Source of the DNA: Trypanosoma brucei
Lineage: Eukaryota
DNA length: 64,000 bases
Reading direction: 5' to 3'
Assembly (NCBI GenBank): GCA_000002445.1
Contig: CM000208.1
Location: 1 to 64,000, forward strand
Shown piece by piece: positions 10,624-21,673 of this stretch. The position numbers and the translations under genes are program-made. The notes beneath the pieces were generated by a model. The model was not told the DNA's origin and did no database searches. It worked only from the letters and a program-made list of their open reading frames with translations. Numbering within the stretch: position 1 is the first letter of the stretch; each line of letters begins with the position of its first letter.

Positions 10624-11595
10624 TTAAATGGTAGAATCAGTACTATTTACATTATCAGTGCTATTCGGGTTGAGCAGCAGCGAAGTGAAGTCGCTGTGGA
10701 TTTCTTTGAAGCGAGAGCGCAAGGAAGTTATATTTTCCACCATCTCTAGGAGTGCGGAAGTTGTTCGGCCGGCGGCAAAGGAAACGATGAGCGGCCCAAA
10801 CATGCTTTGCACTTCGAGCTTAAGTTGAAAAAAAGTGGCGTCATCTTGAGGCCACTTCAACACTTCACTCGAATGCTTTTCGGCACCGTTCTTATATAAG
10901 TTCTTCCTTTGTAGGTTTAAGCACCTGCTTACAGAACCATTCAACACGTTTACTTCAATACGGCCTCTTTTATAATGCTTCAGTGCGTCTTCACTTACGC
11001 CATTTCTCAACGGACATGAGCTATCGCCACACTTAACTTCAAACTCTTTAACGCCATCGAATTCTCCATTTTCACATTTAGGATCAATACTAGTTGGTAT
11101 CGCCTTTAGGTCATCCCAAACAGTCCTAACAATCTCAGCAATACTTGTATAGTATTTATTTGCCTTTATAAGGGCATCAGGTATTTCTTTCCTTACGGTC
11201 CTCACACTTTCATTAACCTCAGCAAACAGCCCACCCACCTTTGCCACAAGGTCCCCCATTGTATTTCCATAAGATATAAGTTTTTCCAATTTCTCACTTT
11301 CCCCTACCATCGCACCACTGATAACACTCAAATATTTAACACTTTCACCTGTTTTAGCCTCCATACTATCCAATATACGAGACACATTGGCATATACTTC
11401 CTCATTGACAAGTAGCTTCTTCTCGCCATCAGTATATAATTTATTCAAGGCATCCGAAAGGCAACGGAGATAACATACAGTCTCACTTAAAGGTGCGTCA
11501 CCTTCATAATCTGCCACCAACGCATGGTCATTGTCCCCATAAGCACCAACAATTAAAAGTATAAGAATTGTCCATTCCAAAATGACGACCCTCAT
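10624..11595 (-). CDS. ESAG1-like secreted or membrane glycoprotein (323 aa). N-terminal signal peptide MRVVILEWTILILLIVGAYG and multiple N-glycosylation sequons. The assignment to ESAG1 rather than another ESAG/GRESAG family rests on size and on its position immediately upstream of the 70-bp repeats.
   Basis: - Clean 323-aa ORF with a signal peptide and NxS/T sites (NVS, NES, NGS, NIT, NST).
- Same orientation as the VSG.
- It is the first gene upstream of the 70-bp repeats, where ESAG1 sits in expression sites.
- A truncated ~80%-identical paralog lies at 51435-51839. Confidence 0.5.
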   Translation of the reverse strand: MRVVILEWTILILLIVGAYGDNDHALVADYEGDAPLSETVCYLRCLSDALNKLYTDGEKKLLVNEEVYANVSRILDSMEAKTGESVKYLSVISGAMVGESEKLEKLISYGNTMGDLVAKVGGLFAEVNESVRTVRKEIPDALIKANKYYTSIAEIVRTVWDDLKAIPTSIDPKCENGEFDGVKEFEVKCGDSSCPLRNGVSEDALKHYKRGRIEVNVLNGSVSRCLNLQRKNLYKNGAEKHSSEVLKWPQDDATFFQLKLEVQSMFGPLIVSFAAGRTTSALLEMVENITSLRSRFKEIHSDFTSLLLNPNSTDNVNSTDSTI

Positions 11596-12851
11596 GATCT
11601 ATACTTCACTAAACCTAAATGTACGAGAGAAGAGCACACATATCATAACGCGCGGTAACAAATTTTTAATAGGCGTATAATCTTAGTGGCGCAACGTTTC
11701 CTTTTAACACAAGGTAAACAAATATAATCAAATCTTCCCCACCTGCGGCTGTTGGCCACTTTATTTCTCCGTGGTGAAATAACGAAAAAAAAGTTTTCGG
11801 CGACGTCGTTGTTTCACAGATGTTACCACGTCACAAATTTGTATGTTCGCCACCAATTAAAGAAAAATTCCTCCGCATCATTACACAACCCCCTAAATCC
11901 CTTCACACACACACACACACCACCAAGCCCAAGGGTAACCCACCGACTTCCACTATAACTCTCCTAAATTTTGAATCCTGCTGCATCATGTCGTCAGTCA
12001 TGCAGACGCACGTTGTTACCAAGAGAAAACTATCTTCGAAGATAGTCCACTATCAATCGCGTTCATCACTGATGGTGAATGCATTTGCGCCCCCAAAAGC
12101 CCATAACTATTCCTCGACAAGAAATCTAGTATCTTACCCACGTGTCACCAGTTCACAAAACTGACCAAGTCTTATGATATAACATTACAAAAATTAGTCG
12201 TAATAGTAGTCTGCACAATCTCTCCAACTCTGCAAGATGCAACAACCTGTGAGCACTTGCACAACCGCTACACTACTTGAGAAGGAGAATCTAAAGCGCG
12301 ACAAAGTGTAACATTATAAGATAAGGCTAGATGCGGATACCCGCACATCACTCAAACTTGTACAATTGAAGCTCGGAGATACATACAACAAGTGCCCTTC
12401 GCAGTGCAGCGCTGAATTAAAATAATTCGGGGCAACTAGTTGTGGTCAGCTCCGCCCACTGCGGTGCTGTTCTCTTTAGTCTTTTTGAAGTGAACATCCC
12501 CCTCTCCACAACATTTGCAGATGACCTTCATTACCCCTAAGCCTCTGTGACCACACAGATTCGTGTTCTCCTTCAACCTGACGTGGTTCCTTTCAACCAC
12601 CTCTTGAAAAAAGGTGCTTGGTATATTCTCCAAGCTTCTTTCAATTCCCCTCTTTCTGTGAACAAAAAGAGTTAATATTTAATCCATTTTATTCGGAAAG
12701 GGACCGCATCAAATTCCTGCGGCGAATAGTCACGTGGGTAGTGTCGGACCAATAAGCACAAATTTCCATTTTCGACAGTTTTAAAGTCAAAAATCCTCAA
12801 CAGATAACCGAAACATAGAATCTTCGACCGCAGCCGCACTTATTTGGCTAG

Positions 12852-15800
12852 TTTTTTTTTTTTGAATTTTCTTCGTGCCTTCGTGAGAGTTTCTCCCAAC
12901 TGGCGCGGCCATCAGCCATCACCGTAGAGCCCTGAGATGCTATCGGTCTGGCGACTGTGGCAGAGTCTCCCTTTTTTTATTCATCCTAACACACCCTCTA
13001 TAATTTTTGTTGTAGCTCCGCAGTTGAACAGAATACAGCAGATGGGGCGAGAAGCCCCCCACCCCGGACTCTCCAAAAGATGTCAATTAGCAGTCCTTTT
13101 GTTTTGATTTTTGTTATTTGTTTATTATTCTCTCCCCCTCTCCCTCTTTCTGTTTTTGTTGCTTGCTGACTGCATACCTCCTCTGTCTCTGAGGGTGTCT
13201 GGACTACTCCTGCGGCCGGTGCTTTTCCTGCTAGCTCCACACTCGGCAATAAGGGGGGAAGTTGCAGAAGGGAGAGTGGGTTGTATGACTGTTACCTTAG
13301 GTGAGGACTTCACCTGCGGCCGGCTCCGTTCAACCGCAATGAGAAACTACACCAGCCTTTTGGAAAAACATACATCCTGCACACACACACACCTTATACC
13401 GCAAACCTGACACGTAACTCCTTCAAACCGGGACAGCTCATCAAGTGCAGCGACGTTTCTTCGCAGTCGCCGCGTTGGCTGGTAACAGCGCGCTCTACCT
13501 TCATACCGTGCATCTTCTTTTGATGTAGGGTGAGGCCAGTTTTGTTAGCACACTGCCTTCCGCATGTCGGGCACACCAACATGGATGTGTTTGTATGCGG
13601 GGAATCAGTGGCACACAATTTTGTGCTTTTGCTGCATTTAAGCTCGACTCCCTCACCTTTGTGGAAAGCCTTACAGTGTCGGATGAGGGAGTCCCTGCAA
13701 CTGAGCACTTTTTGGCACACACCACACTGCACCTCGCCTTTCCCCGGGACGTCAACGTTTCCCTCACGGGCACGCTTACGAGGGAATTGCACCACCACCA
13801 CGGTACCGTCCTCCGTCACTATGCTCTTATGTTTGAATTTCTTGTGTAGTGACAGGGAAGAGCGTGTACCGAAGCTCGCCTCGCACAGGTCACATTGAAA
13901 CGGCAGCTTCCGTGTATCCTGAGAGGCTGGCGCTGCTGGGGCTCTACCATCTCCTTGCACTGAGTCCTCGTTCTCTCGCCCCCTTTTCACGCGGCAACTA
14001 CCGCTGCCTATGCCATGTATTGTTCTAAGGTGGTGTAATAGTCGGCCTGGCACTGCGAATTTGGAGGCACAGATGGTACAATGAAGCACCTGCGGTCTCA
14101 TCGTAACTCGTGTGCTCGATGGTAGGGGAACGATCGCCACCACTGGAGGGGGCTCCGGGGGGATATCCACTGCAGGTGTTGCATCGCCGTATTTGATCCT
14201 CCGGAGGGCATCAGCTCGCACAAAGCCATGTTTGTTTACCATATGCGTTACAGCACTCGAGCGGCATTGGTATGTGGCATCACATTCCGTACATTTGGTC
14301 GGTTCGGAGGTTCTTTGAAGAGTGCGTGTCGCAACAGTTGGGGCTGTTTGTATTTTTGGCCCTATCTCTGCATGTTGCGGGTTGCACCATCGGCACTGTG
14401 GAGGCACACTCGGGTTAATCTTTCGCAACATCCATCCATAGTGTCTTGAAGACCCAACCCGAAAGCGTGCCAGTGCCGTTTCTTCTTCCCTCGTCAGTTC
14501 TTCCTTATGTTTTGTTGGAAAGTGGTTGCCCGTGATACCAAACCTATGAGTGTTCTCATGGACTTCTTCCGACCTAAGCACTCGCTTCGCATAAGCAATG
14601 ATGTCGGGGATCCATGTGTCTCGCAACTGTGGTAAATCTGCGGCCTTTTTGGCCATGTCATCGCAAACCTCATTCCGTTTCACGCCACAATGGCCAAACA
14701 CAAATTGCAGTCGGATACGTATCTTCCTTCTCTGAACTTGAAGCAGAAGCCTCCATAGTCGTCTTAGAATTGGGTCCGTTACGGCTAGGGGGCCTGTCTG
14801 CAGTGCTGTTAACATTGACAGCGAGTCAGAGAAGATGGACAACCTGCTCGGTGTGGTTCTGTATGCCGGAAGCCATTTCAGCAGCCGTTGCAGTCCTATC
14901 TCTAATGCTACGCATTCCGCTCTGTAACTGCATGAAAGTTCCCCTGCTCCTGTCTTAGGTGCACAAATCAGCGTGTTGTTTCTATAGAGCAGGGCAGCTG
15001 CTCCGGACTTCTCACCGAGGGACACGGATCCATCAGTCCACAATTCGTAGTGCTCTCGCCGCGGTGGCTCCTTCCCCCTCCGTGCAAAATGTCGTTCAAT
15101 CCACTTTTCGGAAGCCTCCCTTTTGACATCGTCAGGGTCATCAGCGCACACAGGCTTTATCTGCGTGTGAAATATCGGTCGGCAGCTGTGGCGGAGCGTC
15201 GATGTCTCTAGTGGGTGCTCGCGTGGCTCAATGCGGAGGTGGGGGTAGGACCGCATGATACGGGAATGTAGGGCTCTGACTGGGTGTTTGCTGTGGTATA
15301 CTTCTTCAGCACTGCGCCGCAAACATCCGCCTCGTGACTCACACATCAGCATGAATTTCATGCTGCGCACAAGAGTGGTCGTCTTGAGTGGCAGGAGGTT
15401 TGCTTCCAGCAGAGAGTCCTCTTTGCGCGTCCCATGCGGTATGCCGGCTATGATGCGACTGGCTTTGTGTTGCGTTGCTGCAAGGAGGTCACGACTTCGT
15501 TTTGAAGCGTCCCAGTACCATACCTCAATGCCATACATGGTGTGTGCCTGTACGAGTGCTAGATAAAAAGCTCTCAGTACTTGTCGTCTTGGCCCCCATG
15601 TAGAAGCTGAGATGGCTGCTATCTGCAGTAGTCGGAAGTCCATCTTGCGTCTCGTTTCGGCCGCATGTGTTGCCATCCCCTGCAGACACTGGAATGTTAC
15701 TCCTAGAAGCTTCGGTGTCCTGTCAGCTCCTATTCTTTCGCCGTCCAGTTGTAATGTAAGGGGGTGGCGCTCTATACACCCGAAGAGTGTGCACTTTGTT

Positions 15801-18114
15801 TTCGCTACGTTGACAGACATGAAGTACTCTTTTGACCACTGTAACACCACGTTTAGGCCGCATTGTAGTGCGTGGTTGATGACATCCCTCTCTGTGTGCC
15901 TCGCAAGTAGCGTCAGGTCGTCTGCAAAGAATCCGTGCTGCAGTAACGGCACTTCTGCAAGGCGTTGGCTCAACGAGTTCATGACAATAATGAACATGAT
16001 TGGGCCAAGGACAGTTCCTTGTGGCACTCCTCGCTCAAATGTTCTGCTTCTGGAAAGCTTCTCCTTGAATCTCACTCTGCCAGTTCGGTTACTCAGAAAT
16101 GATACGCACCACTTCACAATGTGGGGTGATACCTTCATTCTGTGCATTTCCCTCGCAATTTTGTCGTGGTCTACTGTATCAAATGCCTTCTCGTAGTCAA
16201 CGAATACAGCACCCGTACGATATTGGTGCGTGGGACGGCAGAGGGCAGCGCGGACGTGCAGGAGTTGTTCGAGCGTTGAGCATCCGGGGCGAAAGCCTGA
16301 TTGCTGCGGCGTCAGCTGGGACTCAACAGTGTCTCTAAGTCTCGCGGCAATTATGCGCTCCATGACTTTGCAGAGACAGCTCGTGAGCGTCACAGGCCTG
16401 TAAGAATCGAGGTCCTCCGCCTTTTTTCCGGCCTTCAGGATGGGGATGATAACACCAGTCTTCCATGCAGGCGGCACGACTCCCGTTCGTAGGCTCTCAT
16501 TGAATAGCCTCAGAACAACATTCAGCGCTGTTCTGCCGAGATGTTGTAGTGCTTCGTTGTATAAGCAATCAGGTCCGGCTGCGGATCCACTCGGTAGCAG
16601 TTTGATCGATCTCCGTAGTTCAGCCATCGTGATGGGACTGAACTCACTCGCTATCGTCTTTATTGGTGCCGGTGGGTGTGAGTCGGGGTGCCTTCTTGCG
16701 CGGGACGAGTACAGTTTACTGAACCTCTCAGCTTGACGGTAGTCCGTGATGGCCGCGTTATCTACAAGTACAGCCGGTGTGGTTAGTGGTCGTGGCGCAT
16801 ATACCTTCTTGACAATGTGCCAACTGCAGCGGTCTGACACCGCAAGTCTGGAGCATAGCGTGCTCCATCTCTTCTTTGTGGTACGGTCCAGGATCTGCTT
16901 ACGCGTGGCTACCAACTTTTCCCTTCGGTGGGAGGGTCCGCATCCAGCGATCTCTTCATCGAGTTTCGCGAGCTCAGGTGTCCAATGTGGTGGCGTTGCT
17001 CTGCAGCCACGGGGGACGGAGACCTTCGTCGCAATGCGGATGGCGGAGCTCAATTTCTGTTCCAGGGTGTTGACTTTCTTCTCTCTACCAATTTTCCTGC
17101 AGACCTCGTCAACCTTGAGACGGAAATTCCTCCAGTCAGCTTTTAGCCATGCGTACATGGGCTTTCGAAGCCGCGGGCAACTCAGTGCATCTGTGTCGTC
17201 TCCAACGATAACGTCGAAAAATATGTGATGGTGATCGCTATCGGGAGAATACAGCGATGTCCACGTGTACACTGTGCAATTCCTTGACAGTGTCACATCA
17301 GGGGTGGACTCCCCGTGGTGGCGCGCGTACCTGGTGCACTCACCAGTGTTGCAGACCAGAAACTGGTTGTCAATGCACCACTGTGTGAGGGTTTCACCCT
17401 TGGTATTTGGTGGGCTCGCGCGATCCCATGCCAACGCGTGTGCGTTAGCGTCTGCACCGATGAGCTGGGCACCGTCAGTCGTCAGAAGCGTATCTAGGTC
17501 AGTTGCCGTGAAGGTGTGTTTTGGTGGGATGTATGCCGACGTGACAGTCAGCGCCGTTCCACGTGCAAGGTGAATTGTTGCATGCACTTGTTCAATGCGA
17601 CCAATAACGGCCATACCGGTCTCGACTGGTAGGTCCTCCCTCACTAGTATTGATACACCACCTCCTTTGCAGTTACGAGCTATTCCGTGATGTTGGTAGC
17701 CAGCAACGCTAAAGCAAGCCGCCTCTCCAGGCGTCATCCTTGTCTCGCTCAACAGACAAAAGGCGATCCGCTCATCAACAAGGGTTTTGTGGAGTGCTAA
17801 TCTCTTTCCTTGAGATAGCCCGGCGCAGTTCCACTGCATCCCGCGCAACGACGGGCCGGGATTCTCTTCCACATCACCGGACAGCAGCATCTTAGTGCGG
17901 ATGATACTGCTGATGGCACGCTGGCACGTGCCCAGGGACCGACAAATGAAAGACGGTGTCCCAGCAAGACGCTGCTGATCCCTGTGCTGTATGATGCCGT
18001 AGCCGGAGCACAGCAGTGTTCCCCATGAAAGGAACGCTGCTGGCTCTTGGCTTCCCCCGATGATACGGGGTACTGGACCCTGGCACCACGTTGAGGTGGC
18101 CGGCATCGCCAGGG
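12852..18114 (-). mobile_element. Full-length ingi non-LTR (LINE-like) retrotransposon, ~5.26 kb. RIME-type 5' and 3' ends, a poly(A) tail (polyT on + strand at 12852-12863) and an 11-bp target-site duplication tatttggctag (12841-12851 and 18115-18125).
   Basis: - 5' end ccctggcgatgccggccacctcaacgtggtgccagggtccag at 18114, read on the minus strand.
- 3' end ...ggctgatggccgcgccagttggg...gaaaattc-A(n) at 12852.
- Identical flanking 11-mers on both sides. Confidence 0.93.
13394..18106 (-). CDS. ingi polyprotein, uninterrupted 1570 aa, in this order:
- N-terminal 2A-like peptide (LLSGDVEENPGP).
- Endonuclease-like region.
- Reverse transcriptase with the FADD (YXDD) box.
- RNase H-like region.
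- C-terminal array of C2H2 zinc fingers.
   Basis: - Single long ORF across the element.
- DVEENPGP motif.
- RT motifs (...PQGTVLGPIMF..., GFFADDLTLLA).
- Multiple CxxC...HxxxH fingers: CTECDATYQCRSSAVTHMVNKH, HCTICASKFAVPGRLLHHLRTIH, FQCDLCEASFGTRSSLSLHKKFKH, LVCPTCGRQCANKTGLTLHQKKMH. Confidence 0.9.
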   Translation of the reverse strand: MPATSTWCQGPVPRIIGGSQEPAAFLSWGTLLCSGYGIIQHRDQQRLAGTPSFICRSLGTCQRAISSIIRTKMLLSGDVEENPGPSLRGMQWNCAGLSQGKRLALHKTLVDERIAFCLLSETRMTPGEAACFSVAGYQHHGIARNCKGGGVSILVREDLPVETGMAVIGRIEQVHATIHLARGTALTVTSAYIPPKHTFTATDLDTLLTTDGAQLIGADANAHALAWDRASPPNTKGETLTQWCIDNQFLVCNTGECTRYARHHGESTPDVTLSRNCTVYTWTSLYSPDSDHHHIFFDVIVGDDTDALSCPRLRKPMYAWLKADWRNFRLKVDEVCRKIGREKKVNTLEQKLSSAIRIATKVSVPRGCRATPPHWTPELAKLDEEIAGCGPSHRREKLVATRKQILDRTTKKRWSTLCSRLAVSDRCSWHIVKKVYAPRPLTTPAVLVDNAAITDYRQAERFSKLYSSRARRHPDSHPPAPIKTIASEFSPITMAELRRSIKLLPSGSAAGPDCLYNEALQHLGRTALNVVLRLFNESLRTGVVPPAWKTGVIIPILKAGKKAEDLDSYRPVTLTSCLCKVMERIIAARLRDTVESQLTPQQSGFRPGCSTLEQLLHVRAALCRPTHQYRTGAVFVDYEKAFDTVDHDKIAREMHRMKVSPHIVKWCVSFLSNRTGRVRFKEKLSRSRTFERGVPQGTVLGPIMFIIVMNSLSQRLAEVPLLQHGFFADDLTLLARHTERDVINHALQCGLNVVLQWSKEYFMSVNVAKTKCTLFGCIERHPLTLQLDGERIGADRTPKLLGVTFQCLQGMATHAAETRRKMDFRLLQIAAISASTWGPRRQVLRAFYLALVQAHTMYGIEVWYWDASKRSRDLLAATQHKASRIIAGIPHGTRKEDSLLEANLLPLKTTTLVRSMKFMLMCESRGGCLRRSAEEVYHSKHPVRALHSRIMRSYPHLRIEPREHPLETSTLRHSCRPIFHTQIKPVCADDPDDVKREASEKWIERHFARRGKEPPRREHYELWTDGSVSLGEKSGAAALLYRNNTLICAPKTGAGELSCSYRAECVALEIGLQRLLKWLPAYRTTPSRLSIFSDSLSMLTALQTGPLAVTDPILRRLWRLLLQVQRRKIRIRLQFVFGHCGVKRNEVCDDMAKKAADLPQLRDTWIPDIIAYAKRVLRSEEVHENTHRFGITGNHFPTKHKEELTREEETALARFRVGSSRHYGWMLRKINPSVPPQCRWCNPQHAEIGPKIQTAPTVATRTLQRTSEPTKCTECDATYQCRSSAVTHMVNKHGFVRADALRRIKYGDATPAVDIPPEPPPVVAIVPLPSSTRVTMRPQVLHCTICASKFAVPGRLLHHLRTIHGIGSGSCRVKRGRENEDSVQGDGRAPAAPASQDTRKLPFQCDLCEASFGTRSSLSLHKKFKHKSIVTEDGTVVVVQFPRKRAREGNVDVPGKGEVQCGVCQKVLSCRDSLIRHCKAFHKGEGVELKCSKSTKLCATDSPHTNTSMLVCPTCGRQCANKTGLTLHQKKMHGMKVERAVTSQRGDCEETSLHLMSCPGLKELRVRFAV

Positions 18115-20375
18115 TATTTGGCTAGTTTCTTCCAACACAATCACAATTATCAGCAAAAATCACAGCAAACAACTTATTACTTATAAAGAAGAACCCTTTG
18201 TAGTAGAAAATTATTAACAAAACAAAAGCATTGAAACGTGTGCAAAACAGAAAAACGTTGATGCACGAAAGCACACGGGCGTACAAACGCGTTTATTATA
18301 TCTTTGATGTTATAATGAAGAGAAGGGCTCCAGTGCGCATAAAATCCTCCACAATCACTGATGATTGTACTTAACGTCAGTATACAGTGCACATACCGGC
18401 AATAGAGGTAACCGTTCCTGCCTACAAGTAATACGCACAATGCTCCGGACAAGTGACTTTTGCTTCGACTTAAGATACCCAATACTTTTCTACTTGCATA
18501 TAGATTCAACACACAACTTTGCATTTCGGCGTTTCTCACATTTTGGTGAAGGATTGATGAGGTTCTCACTATCGTTGTCGATTGCGTCATTGGCACTGCA
18601 TAATGGTTTGCTTTCCATTTTGTCGGTAAATGTCTCGGGTTTAGGTAAATTTATCAGGTTGATATTCTCCTGACTCGCCTGCTCCAACTTTGTTAGTTGA
18701 GTGCTCATTAATCGACTTTCTCCTTTTGCTAATCAATCTCCTGAGTTCAAGATTTAACTCACATACGCCATCTCTTAGGTTAATCTGCACCAGCACTGCC
18801 GTATGCACATCTTCCGGCAGCCGCTAGCCCTCAAGCAGTCCTCAATATGACAGGAGTGTTTTGTAGCTATTGGTGTTTTCTGTTTTGTACTTCGCAGAAA
18901 TCCTGCCTTACGGACCACGCTTCCTGAGCAACCGTTAGGGTTAATTGAAGCATGTTCCGGCACACTATGGCTCCATTCTGGTGGTGATAGTTGACTGTGT
19001 AGGTGCCACAAAATGCCGCAAACACCACCTCCAACGTCCCTTGTGGTGAAGGGTTCCCTCCAGCATTTGGTCGCCTTCTAAAAAATACTCCACCTTTTTG
19101 GTGTCTTCATCGTGTTTGCATACCTTTATATATCATCGTCATCAGGCTAATAGGCACCACACACCGTGCAACTCTCATCACAATCTTCAAGGAAAGGCGC
19201 GCACAACATGTCAATGCTCGAAGCCAACCCCACACCCGTCCCTGTTGTCCATAAACTTACTCAGCAGGCTCACATCCAGCTGACTACACTTGCTGCATGC
19301 CTTTCGTCTCTTTCCTTGCATCCGTAAAGCACCGCGTTTATGCTTTTTCGATTGCGTGCGACTAATGCATCCCCTCCATGTTAGCCCCACACCAAATTAT
19401 TTGGCTTGTAAAATCAGTAGTGAGTTTTAATTGAGGGTTACGCCATTTAGTAAAACTAGTTGTCCTTCATTTTCGGCTTCCGCTCCCTGTCTTTCACCTG
19501 ATTCTTGTCTAACCATCCCTCAAATACGGCTGTAAAGCGCGCAGTTCATCTCTGCATCTTAGCCTGTATGCATAGACTCGCCTTTATTAAGTCCTTATTC
19601 AGAGGCTTCTCGAAACCCTAAACTGGGCATTTAAAGGCTGATCGCTTCAATCTCTACAAAAAACCCTAAATTTACCTCGACAGCCTTGTAGAAAAGATAC
19701 GTTTACCAATATCATTATTTTGCACAAAGAACAAACCTCGTTCATTGTCACGATGCCTTCATTCGCTTTCATTCCCCGCTCTCCATTGAAAGTGCTACGA
19801 GAACCTAAGCAAATAAGCGGCACTTAACACCCCATCCAACCTTCCAAAAGCCTTCAGCACCTAAAATTAATCCGTAAAAAACACCTATCAAGTATCACTC
19901 AACTGTTCACAAGGCAGAAATGCGTGTACATACACTTCATGTTAATGTAATTTTTTTCGCACGACTGCGCGCCCGATAAGATGTTTCATCTTCACTCCGC
20001 CTGTAAGAAACACTCAGGTAGGTAAAAGAAAATAAGAAACAACTATGATGCTCGTAGCACCACAGTTACAAGATAAATAGTGGATTAGACCTTTGCTGAT
20101 GCACATAAAACCATTGTGTTGCGAGTGCACGTCACGCAGCATGTAGAAACAATTCACCGTTAATTGGAATCGTTCAGAAAACATGCAATAAACCGTTTAA
20201 CAGAACCCTATGGCACAACAGTGGGGAAGTTGCCTTAACAAATCTATGTGGTGACATCTCATCTGCCCAAATATGCCTCGCAAAAATCTGCGCACTTCCC
20301 ACAAAATTAAAAACGGCATCCCGAATTCATAGCCTCGTGGCAGAGGTAAGTAAAATTTGGGGAATTTTATTAATA

Positions 20376-21295
20376 TCAGAATTCACCACTTTTCGGTGAA
20401 CCACATAAAAGCAATAAAAACATTGTCATTGCTGTACCCATTCTAGTTGCACTTTTTAGAGCAAGGAAGCCGGTCCTTGAGGCCCGTTTTTTACTAAGAT
20501 TAGTTTCGACAGATTTGCCTGAAGAATCATTCTGCACTTGTTGTTTTTTCCTAGCTTCGTCTTCAGAGTTGGGGTTGTCAGTAAATGCTTGGGGTATATC
20601 TCCGAGAGGTGGAAGTTGTATATCTTGTTGTGATAACGCCTCTTTCTCCTCGGATTTGGGCTGGTTTTCTTGAGTTTCGTTTACTCGATACACGATGTTC
20701 TTCATTTGCCTCTCTCGTTTTTCCATTTTGGCTGTTTCCTCCGAAGCATTTGGCAACATGTCGACAAGTTTCTCGAGTCGCTGCATCCAAGGTATTTTTG
20801 CAGTATGTACTTGGTTTCCCCCCCCCCCCATTCATAGAGGACACACGCTCCAGAATCCTGTCGGTCTTCCCCGCCACAAGAGACCAGTTCCCGCTTCTCC
20901 TGGTTACCATATGTGTAAACAAACAATCCCTTACAGCTGCCGATGCCTCTTGGCACGGTTCTGCACTCCATTTCTTCACGTAGTCTCTTGAGTGTGTCCT
21001 TTGGATTCTTGAGATCAACATTGTATTTGACACATTTCTCCCTGAGTATCTCCCACTGCAGTTTAAGACCCCCTTCCTCGCTCCACACAGTAGTATTACT
21101 TCTCCAGTCGCAGCCTTCGCAACACAGATGCTTGGTGCCGCTTCCATTCACGTGCTGCGCACATAAACACAAAAGGTCCGTGACTAGCGCACCACCAGCA
21201 TATTTTGGACGTTGCCCCAGCACGCTTCCGCAGTCGTCATAGCGAAAGCGGTGTCTCCTCAGGGAATTGCCACCACGGTCATTCTCTCCGTACAT
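20376..21295 (-). pseudogene. Frameshifted pseudogene, ~300-340 aa if repaired. The reading frame breaks at a C11/G11 homopolymer at 20818-20828. The hydrophobic C-terminal tail (MTMFLLLLCGSPKSGEF) suggests a membrane or GPI-type protein; family not recognised.
   Basis: Three overlapping minus-strand ORFs (20702-21295, 20578-21147, 20376-20831) in different frames tile one ~0.9 kb stretch of coding-like composition. The frame shift coincides with the poly-C run. Confidence 0.45.
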
Positions 21296-21343
21296 AATTG
21301 AGTTTATCCCCTCTTGTAACGTTAGGACATTAGTTTGTTTAGC

Positions 21344-21673
21344 TTAAAGCTCACTTGTTTGATAGAGTTTGAACGCTTTCTCTAGATGATCGAGAACATC
21401 AGGTGAATAGTCCGTCAGTTCTGGTTCTGTGAGTCTAGACGCTTTCAATCGCTCCTCCGCCTCATGTTTGAACCTTGCATAGGCATCGCACACGCTTTCC
21501 CTGTCACTTATTTGGTGCGCTTCACAATTTGGTGATAGCTTTTTCCACAGATGTTCCTGATTGGGCTCAGGATAAATTGCATCCACCGCCGCACCCACAG
21601 CTTCATTTTTTATCCTCTGAGACAATTGTATTAGTGGTGCCGGTCCAAGTGTTAAACGCACAAAACCACACAA
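21344..21673 (-). CDS. Hypothetical small ORF (109 aa) immediately upstream, same strand, of the frameshifted pseudogene. It may be a further fragment of the same decayed gene.
   Basis: ORF of reasonable amino-acid complexity (…YARFKHEAEERLKASRLTEPELTDYSPDVLDHLEKAFKLYQ…). No recognisable family. Confidence 0.2.
   Translation of the reverse strand: MCGFVRLTLGPAPLIQLSQRIKNEAVGAAVDAIYPEPNQEHLWKKLSPNCEAHQISDRESVCDAYARFKHEAEERLKASRLTEPELTDYSPDVLDHLEKAFKLYQTSEL

Noticed and set aside
13501-17573. Numerous plus-strand ORFs (60-194 aa) within the ingi elements, and their counterparts at 40649-44865
   Set aside because: They are antisense or alternative-frame ORFs inside the ingi polyprotein coding region. 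They are repeated identically in both ingi copies, as expected of chance frames rather than genes.
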